Assembly: GCA_030704615.1 (NCBI GenBank)
Contig: CM060731.1
Span: 34,038,001-34,102,000, forward strand
Origin: Takakia lepidozioides
Lineage: Eukaryota > Plantae > Bryophyta
DNA: 64,000 nt
Direction: 5' to 3'
Position 1 is the stretch's first letter. The number at the start of each line of letters is the position of its first letter. A program made the position numbers and the translations under genes. The notes below the pieces were generated by a model that ran no database searches, had not been told where the DNA came from, and saw only the letters and a list, made by a program, of their open reading frames with translations. Positions 25,224 to 38,167 of the stretch are shown piece after piece.

Positions 25224-27713
25224 TCAGTAGGTGAACTGTACTTCGGAACTGTAGGTCGCTCCTGCTGCCCAGTAGCTAGGGATGACATCGTAGGCCACCA
25301 ATACCTGCTCTCGAAGAATGGTAGTCAAGCGAACAGAAAGAGGTGCGTTAATGGCTGAACCGTATGTCAAAAGCATCCAGTTCGCACCCCAATTGTGTTG
25401 CAGAGGCTGCCATTGAGAGCTCCCAGCCTGCACTCATAAATGAAAGAGATGAGGACAAGTTAGAAAGTTTCGAAGCAGTAGCTATGGAAAGGGTATGGAA
25501 ATAAGATCTGGCAAGAGTTGCCTAGCAGTTGTGAACTCATGGAGTGAATGTCAAATGTCACGAGGACTTCTTATAATTTAACAGGACAGTTTTGGGATCA
25601 AGTAAGTCCTAAAATCAAGTGGTTGCAATGCAAACCCAAGTTATATACGTGTACCGTATCAAATAACAGTACTAAATGTTGTCAAAGACTAACTCAGCAA
25701 GTGTTTTTCTGATCTTGAGTTGGCTGACTTCAAAGTAACGTGCAGTAATTTTTGTCAGAATCCAGGATGCAGTTGGAGTTTATTCAGTCCAATATGGCGA
25801 CCTGCTGAATCTCAACAGCTTGAAGATCTCCTGGCCCTCCCTCGTATCTGACAATCAGTGAGAGCCAATATGCTGTGGATCCTGCATCTACTGTGAAGGC
25901 AACATTCTGTCCTGGATACCAGCATGGAACCCTGCAAGTCGCCAACAAACTGCTGTTAGCAGAGCTCACTTAAGCTACTGCAGCTACTTCCTTGACATAT
26001 GTAGATTCAACATTAGTAGTTCTACAGCGTACTGAGTGACATTGTTCATATCCAATGAGCTAGGGTGGGCAGTGAAGTCAATGCTTCTGAAATTGCCATT
26101 GCCAATGATCTTCATGCGGTACCTGGACTGGGGTTCTGCATGCCTTATAGGTGGTGTTGTTTTCCCACTTTCTAGGACCCGATTTATAAAGAATTTGTAG
26201 TCCTAGGTAATGTCAACTCTGTTCGTCATCTCCGAGGTCAGTACAAGGTTGCGACAACATTTTCTGTAAAAGCTTTTGCAAGCCTAGAAGTTGTGAATGG
26301 TTTTTAGTTCCACGCGCACCTCCTATATAACACGTCGAGTACACCAATGTTTCGTAGAGCGTCCTCTTGTCCCCAGACTGCCAAATTGCTGACAGTCGCT
26401 CCACTGAGGTCAAAGCCAACTTGGTATTCATCACAAAACTGGCCCCCGGGACAGAAATCCGTAATGACCACTGTGGTGGCAGCTAACTTGCATATGCTGT
26501 GTGTACACCTTATCTGCAGAGGAAGCCAGCTTGGTTAGTACCGGTGATGGTATGCAGCATCGATACGCAGATTTGCTTCCGAACTAGCTATAGTATGCAG
26601 TTGGTCATTGAACAGTTACACTAGATCACCGGTTTCATGTTTTTGGTATTCTGATGCTCACATGGCGCAAAGCACTGCGCATTAATCCGGTCCAAAGCAG
26701 AAAAGACAGATCTGTACATAATTTTCAGAACATCCAGGTTGCCATGAGTTTTTTCTCCAACCTGGTAACAAGATCCACACCCTTGACCATTTTGGAAAAT
26801 GGGAGCACTCCCAGCTGCAATGACACTTCCATACGGGGTGCTTGAAAGGGCGGTGTAGCCACAGGCTCCTCCTGCATGTATGAGAACCAGTACCATTATG
26901 ATCAAAGTTACTAGATCTTATGTACATAGATTAATCCAGGATCGAAACTTTTCTCAGATTGAACATCCAAAATGCTTGTGTCCAGTACATGTTTAGATAA
27001 CACTCTTCAGGAGTGAACACAAGGTGGACGTTGAACAATCAAATAACTTGCAATGTACAGGTCTCCACGCTTGATGAGCATTTCTGCACAGGCCCTATTC
27101 TAGATGTTGCAATCATGCTACGCCATGTTTAAAAGTAAGTCCTGAGGACAGTTTATGTACAGGGCCAGCGTACAACATTCGAATCTCTCCAATGCACATG
27201 TCGATTGGCTCGGAAACCACATTTCGGGGTCCTAGAAAGTACTAGTCTTGCAAACTTGAAATGTCTTGTTCTGAAAAATGGCACTATAAGCAGTATAAGA
27301 CTATAAGTAAGCTAGCTAGATTTTGTTTCGATAGAGTGCAAGTCGACCAAGTTAGAAAAGTGGACACAGCTTAAACCAAACAGCAAGTAAGAGGTCAACT
27401 GAACATTCTTCTTCTACACCCGGAGCCCTTGGAAACGAGTGCTACGACAGCTTATTCAGCGATAGCACTTTATCCAACATTTTACTTGAATCCTAGTGTC
27501 AGCTCCATAGAGAATGCAATTTCGAAAACGACGAAACATAAAATGCTTTATACCGTCCGAGCCGTCTCCCTGAGGATTCCCATACCAAGTCGCCTGTGTG
27601 AATTGCCAGTTTGAATCGTAAGTGGATACATTTTGATCACATGAGTACAAGGGCAAGCCAGCAATGCCCAGCAGAAGACTAGCGACAAGGAGCTCTCGAC
27701 GAAGTGCAGCCAT
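25224..27713 (-). CDS. EXPB: Beta-expansin, 5 exons (27554-27713, 26762-26871, 26320-26513, 25802-25931, 25224-25427)
   Basis: Signal peptide, [47 protein letters not shown]-terminal Trp-rich CBM63 ([18 protein letters not shown]). GT-AG junctions keep the frame. Confidence 0.95.
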
Positions 27714-29569
27714 ACTAGCGTAGTCCCCTGTCGAAACCTGGCTCAGCACTTCAGATTACGGCGCACATGACCCAAGTAAAGACTGTGCACAATTCGCTTC
27801 AATATAAGAAGCTTTTAAACGACACCATCCCACCTGAGGAGGGAAGGAGAGAAACAAAATCACCGCCGCCAGAGTCTCTCAGACCTCCAGAGGTGGAGCT
27901 CACATGGGAGTGGGTCCCAGTTAGCGAGCTAATTTCATTCCTTCTGCATCCGAAAGCAGAAAGCTCACAAAAGGATCCGAGGAGGCTACTCCAACCCCCT
28001 CCGACCGCTGGATCCTGTCTATAACCCAGTGAACACAAGCGGAAGACACTCAAACATCCCACTTTTTTGAAGGGACTGCATTGTTATATCCAGCAGACAA
28101 GAGCACCGCACGCGTTGACTGCGTAACCTTTTCAACGGCGCCGTGATTGAGGGTGGCAGCTTTACTAGCCGCACCAGACTGTTGCTGGAACCAAAATAGG
28201 AATACTCTTATTAGTTACCTCTTATTACATCTCTACTGCAATCCTCTGACATCAAATGGGCGTTAAACTTTCCTTCCTTCTCTTCTTTCTCGACAGAAGC
28301 TTGTAACCTCACAAAGATATGTCAGGCAAATAGCTTTTACATGTGCCCAACTCCAGAACTCACACTAACAATATATGCACTACAGTTCCTGACGTTTGCA
28401 CTTTGAATATGTAGTATGATATACAAAGACCTGTGTCAATGCATAAGCTGACATTTGACACTTTTGTTACAGAATCTGACACTGGAGCTGAGATAGCAGT
28501 TAATGTGAGAGCTGATGACGATGACGTAGTAAGCACCATGCCAAGACTGGACTCATCTCACCACCCACTGGGACGGTCCTGTGAGAGGGAAATGTTTCTA
28601 AAGTTGGTCTGGCGGGTCTGCTTCCTACTGGTGCTGTGTCCCTTACAGGATGACACTGTCACTCAGGTATTCCCCAGATGATAACGTTGAGATTAAATGC
28701 CTGCCACAAATGCAGAATGATGCTTGCCCTGCTCAATAAACAATAAGACAAAAGTTGAACACATGAATCATGTGCATACAGGGCTTGGTGGATTCCAACA
28801 TGCTGCACTCTGTGCTTTGGAAGTAAAACATGATCCTTCAATGGTCCCAACAGGCGAGTGGGAGGTTGGACGTCTCCAGATAGATTGAAGAGTGCGTGGA
28901 AGGTATCTTTTGACAGGAAGTGAATGGAAGATCCGGTGTTCCAGTGACAATATTTGTAATGCATGTATATGTTTGCATGTTTATAATTCTATCTTGCTTG
29001 ATCGATTGGATAGATTGGACCCCAGCAAGTTTGTTGTTTGTTGGCTTCTCTTTAGAATAAAGAAGACACATCAGCGTCAAAAATGGCTAAGCCCCTGTTG
29101 TGCCTTCCCGCCTCTAGCCGCTAGTTTCTAACACAGCTAATTAGTCCTTTGCATCATCCAGTATTTTATAGAAAGACCAGTACATATTTTTTAGGTCTGT
29201 TGCAATATGGTACCTGCAACTCACCTGGAGTATAGCTTTTACAAAACAGTCAATCATGACCTAGAGTATTGACAGACCACCTTACAAAAATCCTAAAATA
29301 GATTTGGATGTGGTGTCAATGTTCACCTCTACAAGCATTTCCACCACAAGGATTTCCACATATGTACGCGGTCATGGACAATGACTGACACAAACAGGCT
29401 TTCCCCACTAAGGCTCCCAATTCATTGGAAAATGTTCTGTTTGCCAGTTTTGCTAGGGAGTACTGGACCGCAGCAGCTCCTCTTATGCAAACCAACTACT
29501 AAGTGGGCACAAAGGACCTCCATGGCAGCGGGTTCACAAGGAGCTAACATTGCAAGCCAATTACGGTAT

Positions 29570-32500
29570 CTACCGTGAAGTGCTAGCCATCTGCCTAGAG
29601 TAAGTCTCATCCGCATCATCACTTGAAAATTTGTAGTTATCGTGCATTTCCATCAACATCTCCCTGCACTTCACTACAGCGCCCAGTTTCTTGCATGCAA
29701 GGAATGCACCAGACAGCTTCCTGTGCAGACTGTAGGCCTCGTCCGGTGGGGGAGTGAGCCTGTGCCTCAGCATGGTGACCCCAAGGTTAGAAACCTGCCC
29801 TGGCAGATTAGTAGAACGAAAATCAAATCCCCCTGGTTTTGAAAATGGAAGACCGACCAAAAACCCTGCCTCCACATGGGTGTCCAACATGATGTTGGAC
29901 TCCCGCCCTGTTAGAAAACCCAGCCGGCATGACGCTTCAATGACTTGAGCCTGATCTCTATTTGCACAAGCAAGCACCTGCAAAAAAGCACACCTTGTTT
30001 GTCAGCATATTTTCCTTTAGTTATGTCCAGCTTTCCCATTGGCAACAGCCTTAATAGACATTGCACTCAATAAATCCATTTGCTGAGAGTACTCAGAAGA
30101 CGTTGTTTGCAGTGAGAGCAGAGTAAAGAGTGAGAGCGAAGGATGGGATTCAGGAAGAAGGGATGAGTCCAATAGTTGTGATACAAGATGGGATACTCAA
30201 ACAGTGACCTGCAGATGACACATATAGACCCATGACCCAGAAAAAACAGTAGCACACAAGAAATCTGGAAACTGAGAGAAAGCAAAGAAGAACAAGCTAC
30301 TCATCAGGTGGTAGCAGATTGCTGGTCCAGCATGTATTGTGAGCTTGCTGGTGTTTGTAGCTTTTCACTTGTCAACTGAGAAGATATTGAATCATGGTAC
30401 TTCGTTCTGGACAAGAACATGCTGTATCTAAGTGTCACTTGGCTGCATGAGTCCTCTTACAGTTTCAAATAAAAGTTATGTGGATAACTACATACCATTT
30501 TCAGGTAACTGTCGACAAAGTGTTTAGGATATTCACGAGCAGCCCCGAAATCAATGAGGTTGATAGTGTCTGCGGCTTCGTCATATAAAAAATTACTCCA
30601 GTTTGGATCCGTCTGTCCAAAATACACTAAATAAATCTCAGTACACGCAGTGGCCTACCAGCATTTGCATCACTGCACATTTGTTCAGGCAAAATTGGAT
30701 GACCTTCATTTGTGAGGCATAATATGGACAATCCACTTGCTCCACATAACTGCATTGGGCAGGACTGCAGAGCTCCCTACGAGCATGCCTCGAGCAGCTG
30801 CAGAGTACTCAGAATAGCTCTCTTTTTTACTCCCTTGTATGAAGAAAACAAGAAAAAAGGTTTCTGCCAATGTAGTAACCTCACTTGCCTGCATGAAACG
30901 GAAAACGAATAGTTCTGTGAGTGTGAGATTGAGGAGCTGTGCACCCACACGGTTGCGAACTTTCTGATCCAGCTGCGCCACTCTGTCTATGGAGACCCCT
31001 ATCATCCAACCATCCATAAGATCATCGCATACATGCCTTGAAGGACTGTCCTTTTGGAAATAAGACAAGGGAAAGCTGGGAGAAAGAGGACACCAATAAA
31101 GAGGAAAGATACCAGGAACAAGTTCCGTTGTGAGGACCCTTTTGCTGCAAAACTTGTCAAATACAAGTGGCACATACAGCCCCTTCTCGTTCCCCAGAAG
31201 CTCCCGAAACCTTTTCTGATTGGCTGCCTCCAGCTCATAGTCACACTCCCTGGCTAGCTCATCCTTTGCCACCTGTTTGATGCATGTATTAGTCTTTCTC
31301 TCTCTGCACAAGCTGGCTTTCGGCGAAACAGGGGCTGTGTGGATCATATCTTCACTCTAAGCCAGATTATCCAGGGAAGGAAAAAAGAAGGGAAACCCAC
31401 TTATGTCTTTTTCCTGGATGTCAAAAAGGCTTATGACACAGTGTGGAGAGATGGCCTATGGTTCCGCCTCTGGTCTTGTGGGATCAAGGGAAAGATGTGG
31501 AGAGTTGTCCACAACTTGTATGCTCACACCAAAAGCTGTGTCACTGTTAACGGACAGAAATCCAACTTCTTTGACATAGACCAAGGTGTAGCTCAAGGAT
31601 GTACTCTCTCCCCTCTGCTCTTCAATGTTTTCATCAATCAACTCCTCGAGGATGTGGAAAGTGAGGGATTTGGGTTAAGGGTGGGTGATACCACCATACC
31701 AGCCCTTATGTTTGCGGATGACTTCGCAGGCATAGGGGAGACTCCAACCAATCTCCAGGAGTTGATTGATTGCGCGAAGAGATACTTCGATCTTTGGGGG
31801 CTAGAGGCTAATGTCAGCAAATGTGCAGTGGTAGCATTCAACGACAGAGGAGAGGGAGGAAGTGATCTTAAGTGGCAGTGGGGTAGCCAAGAGATCCCGG
31901 TCCTCCCTTCCTACACTTACCGGCGTTGAGTTCTCCTCCAATTGTAATTGGGATGCACATATCCGGAAAGTTGTTCAAACTGGCAAGGGCAAAGCTCTGG
32001 GGCTCACTAAATTTTTCCACTGCAGAGGGGTCAACTCTGAGGTTAAGAAAACCATGCTTTGTCGCGTTATTAGACCTGCCTTGGAGTACGGATCTGCTAT
32101 ATGGGTTGATAACTCCAACCAGGCTAAGTCTCCAGAATCCATTCAAGTGGGGGTGCTTAAGGAGTGTATGTCAGCATGCTTCAAAACAGCCAATGTGGCT
32201 GTTTGGGGTGAGTTTGGCATTCCGTCCTTAAGCTCCCAACGAGATGAATTCAAGGTCAGATGGTGGGGTCAGCTGCAACATATGCCCAACACCAGATATC
32301 CTAAGTTATTCGACTCTATATCTTGGAAACAGGACCGCCCTGTCAAACAGGCTAAGTCCTGGCAGAAGAGAGTAGAAGAGATCCTCAAGGACCTGGACCT
32401 GGATCTGCAAGTCTTGACCCTGCTGGATAAATCTGACTTAGAGGCTGTAGTGTCCTCAGCCATGTCTGTTGCCATGAGATTGTCTGATGAAAATGAAGTT

Positions 32501-35500
32501 AGGCAGAAAACTTCCCTGAACTTGTTTCCAGTCTGTGACATGGGGGAGGACATCTTGGATGACCTCAAGGGTCTACCCACTCTCGGCACTTGACTGAAAT
32601 TTAAACTCAGGGCAGGAAGCCTACCTTTGAACAGCAAACAGAAGCAGAGAGGAAAGGGAGAGTGCAATTGCCCGTTGTGTGGGCAATCTGAAGACAGTAT
32701 TCATTTTCTGATACACTGTCCGGGGTTCTCTCACCAAAGAGACGCTCTCTTCAAATCTATTAAGGGAATTGTGCCTGTACCCTGTTTACCAACTTTGAAA
32801 GCTCAAGGCTGAGCCCAAAAGCCCAGGCCCTCCTGAGGCCTAGTTTTTGGGCAAATCACACACAGCAGATTGATGCTTGTGTGAAGGGATTTCTAGAGGA
32901 TATCTGGAAAACCCGGATTAATTCTATATATGGAGGTAAGTCTTACTACCAACGTCAGCCCTGACAGAGGTAGGTTCTGTCCCTTTTGTTCCCGCTCAAA
33001 CTGGGCGCGGGGTCAATGGCCACAAGGCCACGGCAAACAACGTCTTATGAGTACAATCTCTGCACAATATATAAAGAACGTTATAAAGCACCATTTCATT
33101 TCCTTTCTCTCTGCACAATCAATTTCTTCGGCCTCCAACGGACGTGACAAATCTCAATAGGTGTCCCTTCATGGGTTGATTCTACTTTCTATGGGCCCTT
33201 GGGACCCCCCATGGATGTACAGAATTTATTTCTATGGTACTTTCTCTTCAGTGATTGTCCTGGGTGCACTCACCAGAGAGACACCCTCTTCAATTCCATC
33301 ATGGGATTTGTGCCTGTACCTCTGTTTACCAACTTTGAAAATCTCGAGGCTGAGCCAAAGGCCCAGGCCCTTTTGGGGCCTTGTTTTTGGGCAAATCACA
33401 CAGCAGATTGATGGTTGTGTAAAGGGATTTCTAGAGGATATCTGGAAAACTCGGATCAAATGTCTGTTCCAAGGTAAGTCATACTACTGGCATCAGCCCC
33501 TGACAAAGGTAGTTTCTGTCCCTTTGTGTTCTGCTCAAAATGGGTCCATTGCCACAAGGCTATGGCAAACAACGTCTTATGAGTCCCTCCCCATTCCTCC
33601 CTCAGTGCAAAAGAACATAAAAGCTGCAAGCTTCAGTAGGGATGCGAGTCTACATACTGAGTTGATGGCAAGCAGGAACCAACAATACAGAGAAAGAGGA
33701 CCTTGAAACTCACCCGCATGGCTTGGTCAAGATAAAGGCCCTCGGGAATTAGATTGGTGTAGTCTAGCAGGACTTTCACATTCTCGATGTCACTATCAAT
33801 GCTGTTGGCCACGCCTGGATACTGCACCTTCATTGCCACTTCCTTTCCCTCCTTGGTAACCGCCCTGTGTACCTGTTACACTTAGAAATGTTCAAAAACT
33901 CCTTCTCATGAAAGATAATTGTCAATTGGAGAAAGGATGCTTTCCCGCCTTTCTGAAATAAAGAACTCCCTTGACAGAAGTAACTGTCAAGTGGGTGGTC
34001 AACAAATAAAAGACATTACATGCTGGAAAGCCTGGCGACCTAACAATGCACCCAAAGGCTTCAAGCTTGTATTTACTTCAGTGCCAAATATTGTCGAAGT
34101 CAAAGACACACCTGGCCTATGCTTGCCGCGGCCATTGGCTCATCATCAAAAGATTGCAACCTATCCCGCCAGTCGGGGCCGAGCTCTGCTGATATCACTT
34201 TCATCAATTGGCGCTTCGGCATTACATCTGCCCCTTGCCGTACCCTCTCCAGGGCTTGAAGAAACTACTACAAATAAACCCATACATAAACACATTTTAG
34301 AGGCTCTGGTTTGTATGTTGTTCTCCCAATTTCTCTTGCCAAATTTGCATTATTCCCTACCTGTAGATCTTCTTCCTAATCCTCAACTTTAAATCTCCTT
34401 CGATAAAGGAACGGTTTAACTGAGGAGAACGCCTCACCGGGAGTGGCACAAGAGACTCATCCTGAATGCTGAGCATTTGCCCCACTTTGAGTGCGGCTCC
34501 TCGCATCCGACAGAGAGCCAAAGCCACGCGCTCTGCATTTGCTTCAGTCAAGAAGGGAGATAGTGCTGACTGGCTGGGAAGAGTTGAGCCCTGCCCTTCC
34601 CATAGCCTTTTGGCAGATTCTTGAACAGTACCCCAAGCAAGCCCGGCTCCCAAACCTGCAAACCTGTCAATTCAAAGCTCTGTAAAAGACTGCTTAGTAA
34701 CAGCAATTACAGGAGTCAAGTTAGGGAACTAGTTTGGAGAACTAAGTTTGAAGACGGGCTTATGAGATCCAAATTTGAAGTCGGCCTCCGTAATAAAGTA
34801 ACTCCCAGTAGGTTGGTTATCTGTTGGGAAACAGTCAAACAGCAGTTCCACACACACAGCCTGATTTGGCTCATTGAAGACATCAATCTGTGGAATGCTG
34901 GCTACAAGAAGCTCTTCCCAGATTATAGCTTTTGCTAATGTACCAAGCTGTGAGCTCTCTTTTGGAAGAGGCTATGTATAGGGTCATTGGCAGGTGTCAG
35001 GCTGGCCGGTGGTTCCCAGGCATCACCGGCTATCCTAGTAAATTTGTAGGTGTCATCTGCGTCCAAGCCCCCATCCAAATCTGTACTTTGTGTGCGTTTT
35101 CTGCGGAAGAAAGCCCTTCTCTATTTGGATTCAATGCTGTACTTAAGTCTGGGAAATGGACAATCAGCTGAAATGGAGAGAGTGATCTTAATGGAAATGA
35201 AAGAGTTCCAGGCCAGACACCTGTGTTTTTGTTCTAGTCTGAAGGAAACCCTGGATAGAAAGCCAAGACAGAGAGAGAAGGCCAGAAAGAGAGAGGGAGA
35301 GAGAGAGAGAGAGACAGGTATGCCCCACCCCATCATACGGCCGAGCGACGTGGAAGGAACATGCCTCTCTCTGGGCTTGCGCTTCTTCACTGGATGTCTT
35401 GCACCAGTGCTGTTGATTCCCGCAGCCTCCCCAACCATCGCTCTGGAGCCTGTCATGTCAAAATTGTATCTTCAGAGCTCAGAAATGGTCTACAAAAGAA

Positions 35501-36252
35501 TTCAAGGGCCATGAGAGCAATCAAGACTACCAAAGTAGCAATTTCCAGATTCAAGGGCAGGAGTAAGTGTCAGGAAGAATGCAAGCACCTGCTGCTTTAC
35601 CGGGGTCCCTAGGCTGAGCCAATGGAGAGGTCGTATTCCAGCCTGTGTCCCTCGTGATCCTCTCTGCAGCTTCAGGCGATTGGTCAGCATGTGGGGCTCC
35701 AGTGTTTCCCCTCGATTCTTGGGGAGGATGGGAACGCACACTTGGAAGGCCAATTCTGCTCGACAATGACTGCCCACTAGAGGTATAAGTCGCCTCACGA
35801 AACGTACCTCTGGGTGCTGCATTCTGTGTGGGTAAATGCATCTCCGAAGGTTGGGACAAATAGCTACCATCCCCATGCACGTTCTCCTGACCACCGGAGC
35901 AAGAGTCTCTCTTGCTGTCTGCGGAGGAATGCTCATGTTTGCCAAATGTAGTCAGACTGTCCAACATTCTATGTAGGTAGGATCCGTTTCTAGAAGCTGA
36001 CTCTAATTGACCCTCGTTTGCCCAGGCACCGTGGGTCTCCTCGCTCTCGTATTGAACCTGTACTTCAGGGCTACGAGAGTCTTGAATGCGGCCTCCCGAA
36101 AGCCCAGCTATGTCTTTCGCAGTACCTGCCAACCTCTTTAGGGATTGAGCTGTGGATGTTATGATGTCTCCGACCCGCAGCTTGTTCACAGATTCTCGAA
36201 GGACGAGTCGTAATCCTGCCGCCACCTTGGCTATATCTTGCAAATGCGTCAT
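29570..36252 (-). CDS. COQ8: Mitochondrial ABC1/COQ8 atypical kinase, multi-exon (approx. 35589-36252, 35328-35449, 34437-34655, 34112-34265, 33714-33872, 31113-31271, 30889-30997, 30497-30612, 29570-29977)
   Basis: [27 protein letters not shown] (KxGQ), [70 protein letters not shown]. Confidence 0.95.
31311..33056 (+). mobile_element. 5'-truncated LINE, family A (RT + C-terminal CCHC), in a COQ8 intron
   Basis: [67 protein letters not shown] (~31300 / ~33057). Frameshift at ~31920 and stop at 32591 relative to the 40790-42192 copy. Confidence 0.92.
33250..33583 (+). mobile_element. Older 3' fragment of LINE family A
   Basis: Diverged match to 32715-33053, ending GGCAAACAACGTCTTATGAGT. Confidence 0.85.
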
Positions 36253-38167
36253 GATTCAGTAGGGTGACAGTTCACTCGATCAGTACAAGTCCACAACCTC
36301 CTTCATTACCTGGTACGAAACACATTCGATTAGGTGCCGAGGCTCTCCTTTGAGTTTATGGGAATTTCTTGATGAGAGTAGGTTTACTCCTTTGGCAATG
36401 CAGTCGATGTCCGATTCCCTGCACCATTACCCTTTCCCATTGATGGACCGTGCCTTTCCGGCCATGTTGCTCCTTCATTACCTGGTTGTTCCACACAGAT
36501 TACAGGTCATAGAACCGGTGCATCCTTGGCAGGGCTTGAATCACTTCAGAGCAATTCAGAGGATTTTAAGCCGATTTTGCCATCACCTTACATTTCTCCG
36601 GAAAGACATCTCCTTCCGCCTCATAAACTCTTCTTCAAATAGTAACAGTCGTCTCACTAGGTCCCAAGTACGAGTACTGGGTTCTCTTTCGAAAAGCAGG
36701 ATTTAGAGAGGGGTCGAGAAAAAGGAAGAAGTCATCGACGTATCCTCGGGTGAGTTGGCAAGAAGATGTTGCACCAACTTTCTTCAGTATTCTTCCGTTG
36801 GTTGAACGAAAGCCGTTGGGTATTATTCTCGATGTTCGCTCCCGGATTCTCAGTTACACAGCCCTTTGAACTCCTCCCCTGGCACGTGCATCCATGACTT
36901 TCTCATCCTTGTTTGCATGTTTACAGTCAATAGCACAATCAATTCGAGGGCGAGATCAGGGACTCGCTAATCCTACAATCGATTTGGGGAAAAAGCGATT
37001 CGATGGAGGAAGAATGGGTAGGCATTAGTGGGCTTCACGAGCATCGTGGGCCTGTAACCGCTGTCTGCGGGGGGCCGTCCCCTGCGCGCGCACCCCGGGG
37101 GGTTTTCTCGCTGGTGAGTATGCAGACTGCGAAATTAGAAAAGCAAACTGAGGTTTTGGGTTGCGAGGTTGAGTTGTGAATAGAGTGAAGGTGGGACTTG
37201 AATTTGAACTGGGCTTTTCTTGCTGGTGGTGATTTAGAGAAGGGGATTGACAAGGCGGGATTGGGCTTTGAATTGCACGGTCCAGCAAATGGAGAAGAGA
37301 CGGAGGAAATTCGTGTTTGAGTTTTAATGGGTTTTGGATTGCATGCTTCGGGTAGTTGAAAATCGAGAGAGTGAAGTTTGAGTTTGAATTTGAATGCGAT
37401 TTTGGGATGCTTTTGGTAATTGAACGGGGCGATTGACGTTCATCTCTTACGTTCATTTAGATTGTTCTGCGGAATGCTGGGGTATAAGGCTTAAAGGAGG
37501 TGACATAAGGTTGATACATAGATGGATTGAGGAGAAGGAGAAGAGCCATAGTCCGACTGGAATTGGATCGTGCAGTGGTTGCCCCAATGCGAGCCAGCGT
37601 ACCGTTCAATTTGGAGGGTATGCGGAGGAGTTAAACATCAGATCCAGAGTCGCAAGATTGGAGTTTGATGTGCATCCGACGCTTTGGAATATGCATGGCA
37701 TGCTCCAGGAGTTGGTGATCGGCAAGGGAAATAAACAATGTACAAAAGGGGACTCCATAACGTCCACGGAAGCCCAAAGTGCTTATGAAATAGAGTCCGT
37801 ATGCCCTGAAATTCACTTTATTTGCTTCCTGCAGGGAGGTAGATTGAAGATGAAGTAACAAGAGGCAAGCGGCATTTAGTTGTCCCTTGGTTGCCCCTAG
37901 TGACCATGACAGAGAGAATGAAGAAACTGTAGAAGTTGTGAACTTAAGGTCGGCATCATATGATCATCTGCAGAAGTATAATGTCAGGAACTTATACAAC
38001 GATATTGTACAGTTGAAGAAGTGGTTTGACTGAGAGTTTGAGCAATTTGTCCCAGGGGCTAGGAAGACATCAGTTTATTCAACCCGGCACAATGTACCTC
38101 ACTGAATTATACTGAGGAGAATCAAGTGTGGTCTTGTGAAGAGTTTTGCTTTCACATTTGTACCAAG

